Counted from the first letter of the stretch, positions 13,029 to 25,399 are shown. The stretch is 64,000 nt of DNA from Chiloscyllium plagiosum (GCF_004010195.1 NC_057719.1:25056750-25120749), one strand, 5' to 3'. Numbers and translations: made by a program. Notes: generated from the sequence alone by a model not told the origin.

Positions 13029-13187
13029 GGAGAAAGTGAGGTCTTTAGATGCTGGAGATCAGAGCTGAAAATGTGTTGCTGGAAAAGCGCAGCAGGTCAG
13101 GCAGCATCCAAGGAACAGGAGAATCGACGTTTCGGGCATAAGCCCGAAATTCCTGAAGAAGGGCTTATGCCCGAAACGTCGATTCTC
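13029..13187. mobile_element. Penelope-derived fold-back mini-element nested in CR1
   Basis: ggagaaagtgagg...gatgctggagatc terminus; perfect 28-bp inverted repeat at 13118-13145/13161-13188; degenerate 16-bp TSD at 13013-13028/13188-13203 (13/16 identical). Confidence 0.85.
13153..13180 (+). ncRNA. Minimal type-I hammerhead ribozyme motif, intact core
   Basis: CTGAAGA-A-GGGC-ttat-GCCC-GAAAC-GTC: CUGANGA and GAAA boxes, 4-bp stem II, palindromic ACGU stem III and a GUC cleavage triplet. Stem I is short and imperfect. Confidence 0.7.
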
Positions 13188-16100
13188 CCAGTCATTCCTT
13201 TCACCCTAACAGGAATATACTTTCTCTGGATTCTCGTTCTCATTTCTGAAGACTTCCCATTTTCCAGCTGTCCCTTTACCTGCGAACATCTGCCCCTAAT
13301 CAGCTTTTGAAAGTTCTTGCTTAATACCGTCAAAATTGGCCTTTCTCCAATTTAGAACTTCAACTTTTAGATCTGGTCTATCCTTTTCCATCACTATTTC
13401 AAATCATATAGAATTATGGTCGCTGGCCCCTCAGTCACCTGCTCTGCCTTATTTCCACAGAGTAGGTCAAGTTTTACACCTTCTCTGGTAGGTACACCCA
13501 CATACTGAATCAGAAAAGTTTCTTGCACCCACTTAAGAAATTCCTCTCCATCTAAACCCTTAACACTATGGCAGTCCCAGTCTATGTTTGGAAAGTTAAA
13601 ATCCCCTACCAAAAAACCACCCTATTATTCTTACAGATAGCTGAGATCTCCTTACAAGTTTGTTTCTCAATTTCCCTCTGATTATTTGGGGTCCATAGTA
13701 CAATCCCAATAAGGTCATCATCCCTTTCTTATTTCTCATTTCCACCCAAATAGCCTCTCTGGATGTATTTCCAGGAATATTCTCCCTTAGCACAGCTGTA
13801 ATGCTATCCCTTATCAAAAACGCCACTGCCTCTCCTCTCTTGCCTCCCTTTCTATCCTTCCTGTAGCATTTATATCTTGAAACATTAAGCTGCCAGTCCT
13901 GCCCATTCCTGAGCCATGTTTCTGTAATTGCTATGATATCCCAGTCCCACATTTCTAACAATGCCCTGAGTTAATCTGCCTTCCCTGTTATGCCCCTTAC
14001 ATTGAAATAAATGCAGTTTAATTTATTAATCCTACCTTGTCCCTGCCTGCTCTGACTGTTTGACTCGCTTCTGTACTCAAATATACAAGTCTCAGATTGA
14101 TCTCTTTCCTCAGTATCTCCCTGGGTTCCTAATCCCCCCACCTTACTAGCTTAAATCCTCCCAAGCAGCTCTAACAAATCTCCCTGCCAGTATATTAGTC
14201 CCCTTCCAATTCAGGTGCAAACCATCCTTCTTGTACAGGTCACTTCTACCCCAAAAGAAATCCAATGGTTCAAAAATGTGAATCCTTCTCCCATACACCA
14301 GCTCCTCAGCCATGCATTCATCTGCTCTATCCTCCTATTCCTGCCTTCACGAGCTCATAGCACTGGGAGTGATCCAGATATTACTGCTCTCAAGGACCTC
14401 CTTTTTAAATTTCTGCCTAACTCTCTGTCATCTCCCTTCAGAATCTCAACCTTTTCCCTTCCTCTGTCGTTGGTTCCAATGTGGACAATGACCTCTTGCT
14501 GGCCTCTCTCCCCCTTGAGAATATTCTACACCCTCTCTCTGAGACATCCTTGATCCTGGCACCAGCGAACCAACACACCATTCTGAATTTTTCCTGCTGG
14601 CCACAGAAACTGGAGAATCCCTTAACACAATTGATCACTTGGAACCCGACGTACCCCTCATTGCATTAGACACAGTCTCGATATCATAAACTTGGCTGTT
14701 TGTGCTATGTTCCCCTGAGAATCCATCACCACCTACATTTTCCAAAACAGCATACTTGTTTGAAATGGGTATAGCCACAGAAGGCACCTGCACTAGCTGC
14801 CTACCTCTCTTCCCTTTCCTGGAGTTAACCCATCTATGTGACTCTGAGATTTTTCCCCCTTCCTTTCACTGTCATCCATCCCATACTGTTGCTGTTGCAA
14901 ATTTCTCATTGCTTCGAACTGTCTCTCCAACCGATCCATTCGATCTGATAAGATTCACAACCAACAGCATTTATAGCAGATATAATCCACAGTAACTCTT
15001 AAACTCTCTTTAAACTCCCATATCTGACAAGAAGCGCATATCACTCTACAAAAGGCCAATTTTGCTTCTTCACAATCTACAGACCCAGAAAATAACCCCA
15101 TCTTATTCCTCTACAAAACACTACCCCAGGTTAAATTAATAGTTATGGCTTATGTTTTAAGTTTAATCAAGAGACAAATCTCAAAAACCTATAATCAAGA
15201 AAGAACCCTCTCCACTCACTACTGCAGACTTTCTGTAGGTCACTTAAAAACAATACACTTACCTGCTTCTGTGCTGTGAACTTCACCCAAACAGTTCCTT
15301 CACAATCAGTTGTGAATTTCACTGTTTGTTAATTTTCCCAGACGCACTCCGATGTCCAGCAATACATGAATTCAAACAGCAAAGGCAGTAACTGTGCAGG
15401 TTCAAAGCTGTGTCAGTTTCTTTCTCTCTCTCTCTCCCCTGCACTGACCTCACCATGTGCTTCCTTTGTCTGTTCTTCTCCCATTTCAAACTGTTGTTTT
15501 GACTTGTTTTTTCCAAAGTTGTCAAATGATCTGTTAGAAGCACAGAATGATTGCAACATAGGTGGTCCTCATTCAACCCACCATATCGGTCTTGGCTCTA
15601 TGTAATAACAATCCACCTAGTACAACTTATTCACTCCCTTTCAACGTTCCTTTCAAGCTACATGATTATGCAGTTTCCGGTTATCTGAGCAAACTGACTG
15701 GTGTGGGGGTATTGGAGGTCTCTGCAGCAGCAAAAAAAAAGTACAGCATAGCTTCCCCTCACTTTTCCCATTTTCTCACCAGTTAATCATTCAACTCTTT
15801 TACAGGCCCCAAATTAACCTGCTGCCACCTCTGTGTCAGGCAGTGCATTACAGCTCCAAACAACTTCCTGTTAAAACAAGCATTGATGGAGGATTTTAAA
15901 ATCATTTTAAATTTGCATCCACTGGTTCTGGATTCTTCCACCCATGGAAACAGTTTCTCCCCATTCTATCCTGTTCAGACCTCGAATGATTTAAATATCT
16001 CTACCACATCTTTTCAAGGGGAATTATGCATTTCTCAAACCTATTCACGTAAGTGAAGCTTTTGAACTTTGAATAATCATTGTGAATCTTTTCTGCACCT

Positions 16101-16789
16101 TTATCTAACATTTTAGTGTCCAGAAGGAGAGATATACTCCAGTGTTTTAGACAAAAAAAAAAGTTGCTGGAAAAACCCAGCAGGTCTGGCAGCAAATGTG
16201 AAGAGAAAGTAGAGGTAACATTTTGGGTCCAGTGACCCTTCTTAGCTAGGTAAAGGTGGTATATGTGCTGACGACAAGGGTGGGAATGTTGGGAAGTAGT
16301 AAATGATCAGTGGTAATGGAGACCAGAGACAGAGAACAGAACATTTTAAATATTTTTATCATACCTTCCTTGGCAAGCAGTGGGAAATCTGCCATTATTT
16401 AGAAGCTGATGAAATGTTATATTGTGACTTTCTGGACTGCTATAATGCCATTTGAAGAGGTGGCAGCAAGGATGCCTGTTTTGGTTGGAATAAACTTGAA
16501 TCTCTTCCAACATTAATTTTTCATTTGAGGTGTGCAATTAGTTTGAAGTTTGGATCATAACTGCACTTTTAAAATGTTTTGTACATATGTTACAAAGTTC
16601 ATATTTTAAGGAAACTATTTCTCTACCACCTCTTTTGATAGCCCAGCTTGGTCTGTTTACATATTATGTTACTTGTTGGAAATTTCTAAACTTTATTTTC
16701 ATTAGTAAGCCAAGGCTTGAAAGTTTGTTTCTCCGGGGATCACTGATGTACTTTCAATTTATTTTTAACTCATCAAAAACCACTTAAAA

Positions 16790-19700
16790 CAATTCTGTAC
16801 TAAAACAATATTTATTGTATTTCAAAAGCAAAAGGATCATATGACAATAATTGAATTGATAATTATACATCTTCAATGTATAAACATAAACATTGTTTAT
16901 CATGATTCAGTTTCTATTGACCTGGATGTCTAGTTACTGTACTGTAAACAAGATAATTCTACTCCAGGTCATGGGCAGGAAAGGTAAACACTCTTGGGAA
17001 AATAAAAACTTCATGGGATTTAGAGAGTTCATACAAAATAAAATTTAGTTGTCAGCCATGAAAATAATCACCTGCTGAGTCTATTCGTGCAAAAGTTAAA
17101 ACTCATCTTTTCTTTCCTTTCCTACTTACAGTTTAGTACCAAGTCTTTCATGTAAATATAAAATTTATTCTGTTCATACCATGAACCTGAATCATCTGTC
17201 CCATACCAAGCCAATATGGCCATTCTTGCTGTTCAGTCACCGAGATAATCACAAGCATGAATCTTTGCTCAACACCTATATACAATCACTTTGCAATAAC
17301 TGTACAATATGATGGCACATTGGAACCAATTGTCAGTGCTCTGACTATTGAAATGCCTGAGATCAGCAAATTTCAAATAGAGCATGTATTGAATTGTTTG
17401 ATCTGAAACACACAGTGGTCAGCAGTAGACTTCCCCAAATCAAATTAACTTTTAAATCATATGTTTGAAGTTTAGTGGACTAGTTAAGGGTTCCTTTGTA
17501 TCTTGAATGAACCAGGATGCTTTTCTTTCAGAATATGTTAAAAACAAATGCTTCTTAACATTAGCTTCCATACCAAAGAAACCTGTGTCCAAAAGATCAA
17601 GAAACTTATGACTTTTTAAAACATCAAATACAAAGCCAGAAATTACTATATACTCAATAAATGAAAATGTATTAAAAAGAGGTAGACTATTGCTATTGAA
17701 AGTGTATTGGATTAACAATCTCTAGGTTTCTAACAGTTAAGTAAAACAATTACACATGAATAAAAGACAAGGAAATTAAATGTCATATATTAGTTAAATT
17801 ATTTATAAGTTGTACTTATTTGCATGGCTAGCGTGCACATAAGGTACAGAAAGAGGAAACTGATCCCACAAATTGTTAGGAATTCAGTACATGTTTATTC
17901 CCTGCACAGTTTTCCACATAAAATAACAGAGATAGATGATTTAACTCTTATATTACAACTACTTTACTTGGCAGCCTGTTGTTTCTACACTGAGACTCTT
18001 GAATTAAATTATACAAAATACAAATCAGAAGTTAAGAGGGCTTGAAAAGTTATCTTTGAGGGAATGAATGGTACCGCCTTAGTTTTGATTATGTTGAACT
18101 ATTTTTACAAAGATCCAAATGAACATTTAGAAACCAAACTACAGGACAATTCTACAATGGACAAATTGTAAGCTGGGAGATTGAGATCATTTGCAACGTT
18201 TACATGTGGGCAGTTATGAGATTTTAAAAAGGTGAAATACAGACTTTGCTAACTTGATCAAAAATCAATAACAAAGCTCCTGACCCTAAATAATGTCAAA
18301 TAATATAGCATTTATACTGTTCATGGCTCTTTTATGCAATGTAAGGTTATTAAGAGCATTGTCATACTTTGCCACATTTATAAATCTCACCTATAAATCA
18401 GGTGGTGATGATAACTGCCACCCTTGCTTCTTTGGAGTTTGCTGAAGAATTGCATTCAATAGAGGTTTACTATGGTAATAGTAAAGTACACAGATGCTGA
18501 AATTGAATTTAGAATGCACAAAAATTATAGGACCGAAACTAAATATTGAAAATTTTTAATTGGCAGAACAATACTCAACCATATTTTTCTTATTAAACAA
18601 CTTTAGAGTCAGCAAGATGATTTGATTGGATCCAATCCCATCTCATGAGACCATTAGCACATGCAAATTTACAATCCTAGAAATGAATTATTTTCACTCT
18701 GGTATTGAAAACAGCAAGACACTTTGGAGTCTATATAATACTTGATATTGTTAAACTGGTTTAAACCAAATGTTCACACTCATTAAAAGACAAGTCTTTA
18801 TTTGCAGAAAATTTTGTAATAATAGAAGCAGCAGCAAATCCAGCACCATATTTCTTACAATTGTCTACATATCAGATAAAAGGCATCTGTATTCTGGATG
18901 TGAGCTGGGGTTCCAAACACTAGCACAAGTCTTAAACACTTAAATGGCTTTAATGTAACTTTTTTAAAGCAAAACATTCACAGCTGTCTTATTGGCTCCA
19001 TATTACAATATTAGTTTATGGCAACACCATTAAATTAATTTTATATTATATGCAATCAACCACACAGGAATAAAAACATCCCCTCCACCGCCTGCTGTTT
19101 CCATTCAGATGGATGAACGATCCAAATTTGTACCCCAGGTAGGAGAGAACGAAGCATTAGCTGCCTCAGCTCACATCAACAACCCTTCATTCCTCAGCTA
19201 TTCATTTTATACAGTCAGATCAGCATTTGAGCAGCACTTGATGACATTGCTATTGTCATCACTTTGGAACTTAGACACTTTAAATAAATCCCTATTTGGC
19301 CAAATTGTGCAACAAATACAGGTGATTTCCCAAAATGTAGTTTTCAACATTCAGATGAGGGAGGGAGAGGGGCTGGTGGCAAAGAGGCAACAGTAGATGC
19401 ATGCTAGTCCTATCTTGGTTGTTCAGCACTATTTGGGCTCAGCTAGGCTTCTTTCATACATTTTATATAATTGTGTCAGGTTAAGTTTGTGGCAGTTGTC
19501 TTTTTCTCTTCCATTTCCAATAATAAAGTTACAACAGGAAGTGAGATGAATGTTGCAAGGAATTTAATTTATCCTAAAAGCAGCTGAAATTTCCAGGCAT
19601 AAGTTAATAAGTTGCAAATCAAGATTTATATAAAATTACTTTTTTAAAAAGATCTCTCCTTGTGGTATGATCACTGAAGTGCTCTCCACTAAAAATATAA

Positions 19701-20871
19701 AAACAATTTGCATTAGAATTTGTAGAAAAGCATTGAGAGGGGGCAGTGTCATTCGGTACACTTTTCACTACAACCTGCTGCTCTGCAAGTGATACTTTGT
19801 CTGCATCAGACAATAAGCTAATTTTTGCTCATCAGTGTTTTTGTGAAGGACTTACGATTGCAATTTAAAATCCAGTTTGTCCTTCAAATATTTTTGATCA
19901 GGTTACAATGCATGATAAATAGCTACTAGTTTAGTACAGATTAATCTTAGTTCGACCATGATCTTAATGTAGAGTCCAGTACTGTTTAAATTTATATTTA
20001 AAAATTAACCAAACAGAAAATAAGTGATCCCTTCCCTACATTGCCAATAATCAAGACTCACATTGATACATTAATTACCCAAATACGATTGGCCTGCAAC
20101 AGCTAGTGAACTAGGTTACACATTTTGTCCAAAACCTGGTGGATTTTACAATATTTAAAAAAAATTTACCAGCTCTTTCGGTTTATCCAAAATGACTTTA
20201 GTTATAGGGTTAGCCCTTTATTAACAGAATACATGAATTTACAGTGAATTATCTTCCTTTGCTACATAGTGGCAAGGGAACTGAAGTGAACACAGGTTAA
20301 AGTTTTGTGCAAACAAAAAAGGAAATGACATTAGTAGATGGTCAAATAATCTTTATTCACAAGGCCATTTTGAAAACACACCATTTCCAAAAATGATTGG
20401 TGTGAATGTAATCAGTGTTGTTTGAATTAACCGAAATAAACATTTTGCTAGAAGTAGAAAAAAAACATTTACTGTACCTTGTTTTAAGTTACAGTTAAAA
20501 ACTGAAGTGCAAAAGACAAAAATATAGGTTTAAAACATCAGGATGAAACAAAACCCTTTCCACCAAAATAGCCTTAAAGAGCTGAGAATTCCCATTGGAA
20601 AATAATGAAAATTCCTGAAATGTGCACGCTGAATGGAGTTACTGGAGTGATTCATGGTGATTGACTCTTAAATATGAACAAAATCCAAACAATGTCATCT
20701 TACACCATTGTCTGCAGGATTTGTACTATCCCAAATAACATAATTTTTAAAACCACAGTAATGAAATTCGGTGCAGCCAGACATTTCATTACAGATTACA
20801 TCACACTAAGCATTCATGCTCTGAAACTTGATTTGGTGTTAACTTATCATAACCTAAAGTGATCGGTCCAT
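16790..20871 (-). other. LYSET: Probable long LYSET 3' UTR
   Basis: About 4 kb of AT-rich sequence with no recognisable repeat, following the stop codon. Minus-strand AATAAA at 20352-20357, 20217-20222, 18797-18802, 17894-17899, 17164-17169 and 16811-16816. The actual end is unknown. Confidence 0.45.
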
Positions 20872-21267
20872 TCATGTGTCAATTATTTTCAATCTATTGA
20901 TTTGATTGGAGGCTTTGACAAAAGCTTGGTGTCGATTGCAAACAACAGCCATGTAGATTGGGAAAATACAGTAACCAACTGTTTTGGGATTGGCTCGTGT
21001 ACACGAGTAAAGGAACAAGAAGATTTGCAGGTATGGAATCAGAAACAGGAAACCCCACAGCCAGAATGGGAGTGAAAACAAGCGGGCTGTTACTGTCTGT
21101 GTCCAAGAGGCTCCATTGCCCAGGTCCTCAGAGTTCCGTTGAATATGCTCTAAAGCCAGTTGGTTGTAAGTTTCATTTATTTCAAATACATAATAAATGG
21201 CTGCAGCACTTGCTAGAAGATATAATCCTACTCCAATCCAACCCATTCGCTGGCGAAAGTTCATCAT
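20872..21267 (-). CDS. LYSET: Lysosomal enzyme trafficking factor (TMEM251/GCAF), 131 aa, complete single-exon CDS
   Basis: MMNFRQRMGWIGVGLYLLASAAAIYYVFEINETYN...PYLQIFLFLYSCTRANPKTVGYCIFPI...CNRHQAFVKASNQI...IDT closely matches the short human isoform; two hydrophobic TM segments. The splice acceptor (polypyrimidine + CAG, 21287-21289) lies 19 nt upstream of the ATG. Confidence 0.97.
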   Translation of the reverse strand: MMNFRQRMGWIGVGLYLLASAAAIYYVFEINETYNQLALEHIQRNSEDLGNGASWTQTVTARLFSLPFWLWGFLFLIPYLQIFLFLYSCTRANPKTVGYCIFPIYMAVVCNRHQAFVKASNQINRLKIIDT

Positions 21268-21274
21268 TCTCCAT
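21182..21274 (-). promoter_or_regulatory. Out-of-frame upstream ORF overlapping the LYSET start (30 aa)
   Basis: gttATGG 7 nt before the main ATG, with G at -3 and +4; reads MENDELSPANGLDWSRIISSSKCCSHLLCI*. Translation is not demonstrated. Confidence 0.5.
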
Positions 21275-21631
21275 AACCTACTTTATCTGCAATGTAAAAA
21301 AAAGGAAGAAAAATGGGTTACAATAAATGAACATCTCAGCCAATCTACAAGGGAATCATTGACTTGTGATTTGCCCTACCACCATGAGACTATAAACAGT
21401 TCTCCCACTGAAGACGACAGGATTATCAGTGTTAAAACAAGAACAAACTTGTAAATGCACGGTCAGCAACTGAAAGAAGCTGTGTTGATCATTACAGCCT
21501 CTCTAATGTTTGAATACTGTCCTACTCATTCTGCCATCATTTCTACAGTGACCCCTCAACCAACACCTCCATTTTTTATCATTCCCGCTGCTTTCAAAAG
21601 CAAATATGTTTTTGGCCTTAGTGATCTCCTT

Positions 21632-21687
21632 GCTGTGGTTCTGTTCGCCGAGCTGGAAGTTTTTGTTGCAAACGTTTCGTCCCCTGT
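21632..21687 (-). mobile_element. 56-bp Penelope terminal fragment with a 15-bp TSD in the LYSET intron
   Basis: cttagtgatctcctt at 21617-21631 and 21688-21702; the insert resembles the terminus of the 57194-58214 element and contains GAAACGTT on the minus strand. Confidence 0.75.
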
Positions 21688-22249
21688 CTTAGTGATCTCC
21701 TTCCTACTTGGCATATATTCTGCAATTCCAGAAAGTATTTATGTAAAAAAACTCAAGGCCACACCTGCTGAGATGCCAGCAACTCAGACTTAGGGAGAGG
21801 CCATTCAGCTTCTGAATGTGGGGGAAGATATTCTTCATCCAACTTGCAGTCACACAAGAGTGTTCACATTGCTGAGAGACCCTTTCAATGTTCTCTGGGG
21901 TGATAAAAAGACAAATGCTATATCTCCTACTCTTGGATGGAAAGGTGCATGGGAGTGGTGGGAGAAGACCATGTTAAGGGTGACTAAGTAATTGCCTCCA
22001 TTACACCCAGGTCTATAGTTCCCTTGCACTGAAACAATAGAAGGAAGGAAGATATTGGGGACATCAGGCTAGAGGTGGAGGATGGCCCATTGAAAGTGCA
22101 GGCTAGTGCATGGACAGTCAGGATAAGATTAACTTATCATATTCTGGGAAGGAATGGGTTGAGTGCAGAGGGATAAAGTAGATGGGCAGGGAAAAGGACC
22201 ACAACTGCAGTGGTGTGGCAATTCTCGGAGAAGAAAGGAAAGCCTGTCT

Positions 22250-22640
22250 GAAACGCCCCAGGATAGGGGAGTCCAAAACTAGAGAGCATAGGCTGAAGGT
22301 GAGAGGGGAAAGATTTACAAGGGACTTGAGGGGCAACTTTGTCATGCCTATGTGGAACAAACTGCCAGAGGAACTGGTGGAGGCAGTTACAATTACAACA
22401 TTTAAAAGTCATTTGGGCAGGTACATGGACAGAAATTTTCTTCCTCTGGAGTTAGTGGAGGTTTTTAATTTATTTGAGGTGGAATGAGAGATTTCTGACA
22501 GACAAGGTAGTATAGGGTTATGGTGGCAGGCAAAACGAAGATGATAAGAGCTCAACTAGATAAGCCATGATCTTCTTGAATGGTGGATAGGATCAAAGGA
22601 TCAAATGTGCCACTCCTGCTCCTAATTTCTATTCTTCTGT
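22250..22640 (+). mobile_element. CR1 3' fragments
   Basis: ggagtccaaaactagagagcataggctgaaggtgagaggggaaagattt...; ctcctgctcctaatttct tail. Confidence 0.75.
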
Positions 22641-24779
22641 ATTCATTTCAAGTGTTAGTGTCTGGAATGTTGGGAGCTTGCTGGAAATATAGCTGAAAGA
22701 AACCATCAAGGGCTTTATCAAAAAAAGAGTACCTTTGTTTCAAATTACCCTGATCAAACAATGTATTGTTCCCCTTTATGCAATTGGAAAGCATTCTTCA
22801 ATATATCTGCCTTGCCAGATCTTCTTTTAAAAAGATTGAGATGTGCTCCACATTGCAAAGTAGAAGCAGAATTCAGCAAACTTCTTTGCCACATTGTCAA
22901 ATGGATGAGTGCAATGAGAACAACTGTGCTCTCATATATACATTGAAATAGATTGCAATGTTCACTCCCTTCCTTTCAAACAAAGATGCTGGCTCCAAAG
23001 GGAGTATAACAATTGATGTTAATCACTCATCAGTTCTTTTTCCAACACAGCATTTTTCTCTCTCAGCCAACTAAATAAGGCTATTCTACATCAGTTAAGT
23101 GCTTGATCATTTCAGAAACGACTGTTAAGACAATTCGTCTGATGTACATTTGATACATTCACATACATCCATTCCTACCCAGAAGCAACATATTTGTGTT
23201 AGACAACTCAATGATTAGTGTTACTGGAAAGAAATGGCAAAACAGGCTTTAAACCGAGATAAAAACTGCCTTAAAAATTTACTTAAGAACTAATGTGATC
23301 AATTTTGCTTTGGAACATGCTAATTTAAGCAGACATCATAATTGCTAACAGGATGAATTATTACAACAACAACTGGACTATCAGCTCATCCACTAGTCAA
23401 CAAAAATCAGTAAATTTTCAATCATCAACCGGGCTACAAATGTATTGCCACCAGATCAATGGCATGCTGAGACACCTATAAAAACAGTCAGTTTCTCCAA
23501 CAGCGAGCTATTTGGAAATTAATTTGTTTGCGGGAGGGGATTTGCTCCATGCATAAAGACAGAGTAGGGCGTTTGTTTCTTTGAGCATGCTCCAATAAAT
23601 ACGACCAGGTCTGATCTTATGCCTTAACTCTATGTTCCTGTACTTGCTCCTTATCCTTCAATTCCTTTAGCATTGAAAAATATACCAACATTTGTCTTGA
23701 AAATGCACAGATTATTCACAGTCCTAAAGATTCACAATCCTCTCAGTGAAGAAATTGTTGCTCATTGCAGTTCTAAATAATTGATCCCTTATCCTGAGAC
23801 TCTGTGTTCTAGATTCCCCAGTCAGGAAACCGCATCAAAATGTTGCAATTAAACCACATTCTTCTAAATTCCAGGGAATACAGCAAACTATAATCAAAGG
23901 GTAACAAAGCAGTAACCCTTAAAAAAAAGGCACTGCAGGAAAATGCAAAGTGTTCTGGAAGGTTCACTTTCAGGTATAAATCAGGCAATACATTCTCCAA
24001 TGATTTCACATAAAGATGGCATTGTAGCAATTTACTGCTTCAGCACCAACTTAAAACCACATACGGTCACACAAACACAAGTTAGCGAGGCAACTACTTA
24101 GAATGAAGTATTGAAAATTGAATTTCTTTTGCAAAAGGTCTGAAGAGTACAAAGCCAAGGTCTTTCCCAAAGGATACTACAATCGAATAAAATTGTTCAA
24201 ATTTATTTAAGTAATAAATTTATTTATGGAGTTACTCATCACATCTTATAGAAACATTCTGAACAGCTCTTCATTGAATGAGTACTGTTGTAAACAGGTA
24301 TGATTTCATGTTAACCTTTTGGTGCTGTAATTCAGAGACAAGTGTTGGCAATCCCAATAATTTCCTTGTGCTTGTATGAACAGCACAAGATCTTTCATCC
24401 ACGTGAGCAAGCAGTTGAGGTTTCAGAAGTACAGTCCTCTGACAAAGCAGCGCTGCCCCAGAACAGCACTGCTGTGTGAACCCAAGATGATCTGCTCAAG
24501 ATCTTCCCGTGTAGTTACAAAATTGTTATTAAGACCAGCCCTGACACAATGACAGACGGACATTCATGAAGCACTTTGGGATACTCCGCGGTCAGGCAAA
24601 CCATTCCTGGTCAATTTTGGGCACTTTCGAACTTAAGTCGCTGTTCCAATGCAGTAAAACGTGGCAGGAAGAGACCCACACACAGCAACAGCCGGTTAAT
24701 CTGCGCTGTTAATAATGTTGTCAGTCATAACACGGCGGAAAACTTCGTCGCTCTTATTTGTCAAGAGTACCAGGGAGGG

Positions 24780-25350
24780 GTGATTTATTTTTAAACGACC
24801 ACGTGAGATAGAGAGCAGTTGAAGGTTTTATGCAAAAAAACCGGCTCCTCCGACAGTGCAGCTGCACCCCTACCCCGGGCAGGTCTGTCCCGGGGGGGGG
24901 GGGGGGGGGTAGGAGAGTGTCAGCTCAGGTTATGGTGCAGATGGCCACCCGAGAACCAGGAGGCTGCGGTTTCCCGGGCGGGGGTTGGTGAAGAGAGACA
25001 GCTCCACGAGCCGGTCCTCTCTCTGAGGGGCTGACGGAGTGACCGAGCTGTCAATACCCGGGGCCCCCTAACCCACACTCACCATTGTCAAGAAAGGAAA
25101 CGCTGCTGTGGCCGGGGAGGGGAAGGGAAGGGGCCGCCGCGGCGCTCGGTCCCCCTCCCTGCTTCAATCCATCGCTTCCGTTCTCTCTGTTTCCGCGGCC
25201 TCCGCCGGCTGACGAGTCACAAATCGACCCACTTCCGTCTCCTCACCAACTCGATCCGGGCTGTTGCCGGGGAAACCAGGGCACAAGAGGTGACCTCTAA
25301 TACCAGCGGCCCGTGTGAGCCCCAGCGCGCCTCTAGCGTCTGGAGGACCT
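24780..25350 (-). promoter_or_regulatory. LYSET: CpG island / LYSET promoter
   Basis: GC- and CpG-rich island 3.8 kb upstream of the LYSET coding exon; ETS-type acttccg and gcttccg motifs; G18 run at 24892-24909. Confidence 0.8.
25083..25230 (-). other. LYSET: Probable non-coding LYSET exon 1
   Basis: Consensus donor ...GACAATG|GTGAGTGT on the minus strand (intron begins at 25082) inside the CpG island. The TSS position is approximate. Confidence 0.6.
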
Positions 25351-25399
25351 CACTTCACCTCCCTCTACACACACTGGGACAAGGCAATTGAGTCACAAA

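Larger units (their letters stand above)
11360..15530 (-). mobile_element. CR1 LINE, near full-length (ORF1 esterase-like remnant plus APE-RT ORF2), degenerate
   Basis: Minus-strand ORFs: FRMVCWFAGARIKDVSER (SGNH esterase-type ORF1), DIIAITETWL and VGDFNFPNIDW (APE), SQHGFVRGKSCLTNLIEFFE, PQGSVQGPLLFVIYINDL and SKFADDTK (RT); tail at 11360. Internal deletions near 11512 and 13430. Confidence 0.93.

Noticed and set aside
20958..21793. Plus-strand ORFs antisense to LYSET
   Set aside because: Shadow or chance ORFs with no recognisable homology.
25320..25345. CTCF site (gcgcgcctctagcg; also cttagaggcgc near 31910)
   Set aside because: Spacing is one base short of the consensus core; not supportable without a PWM scan or ChIP data.
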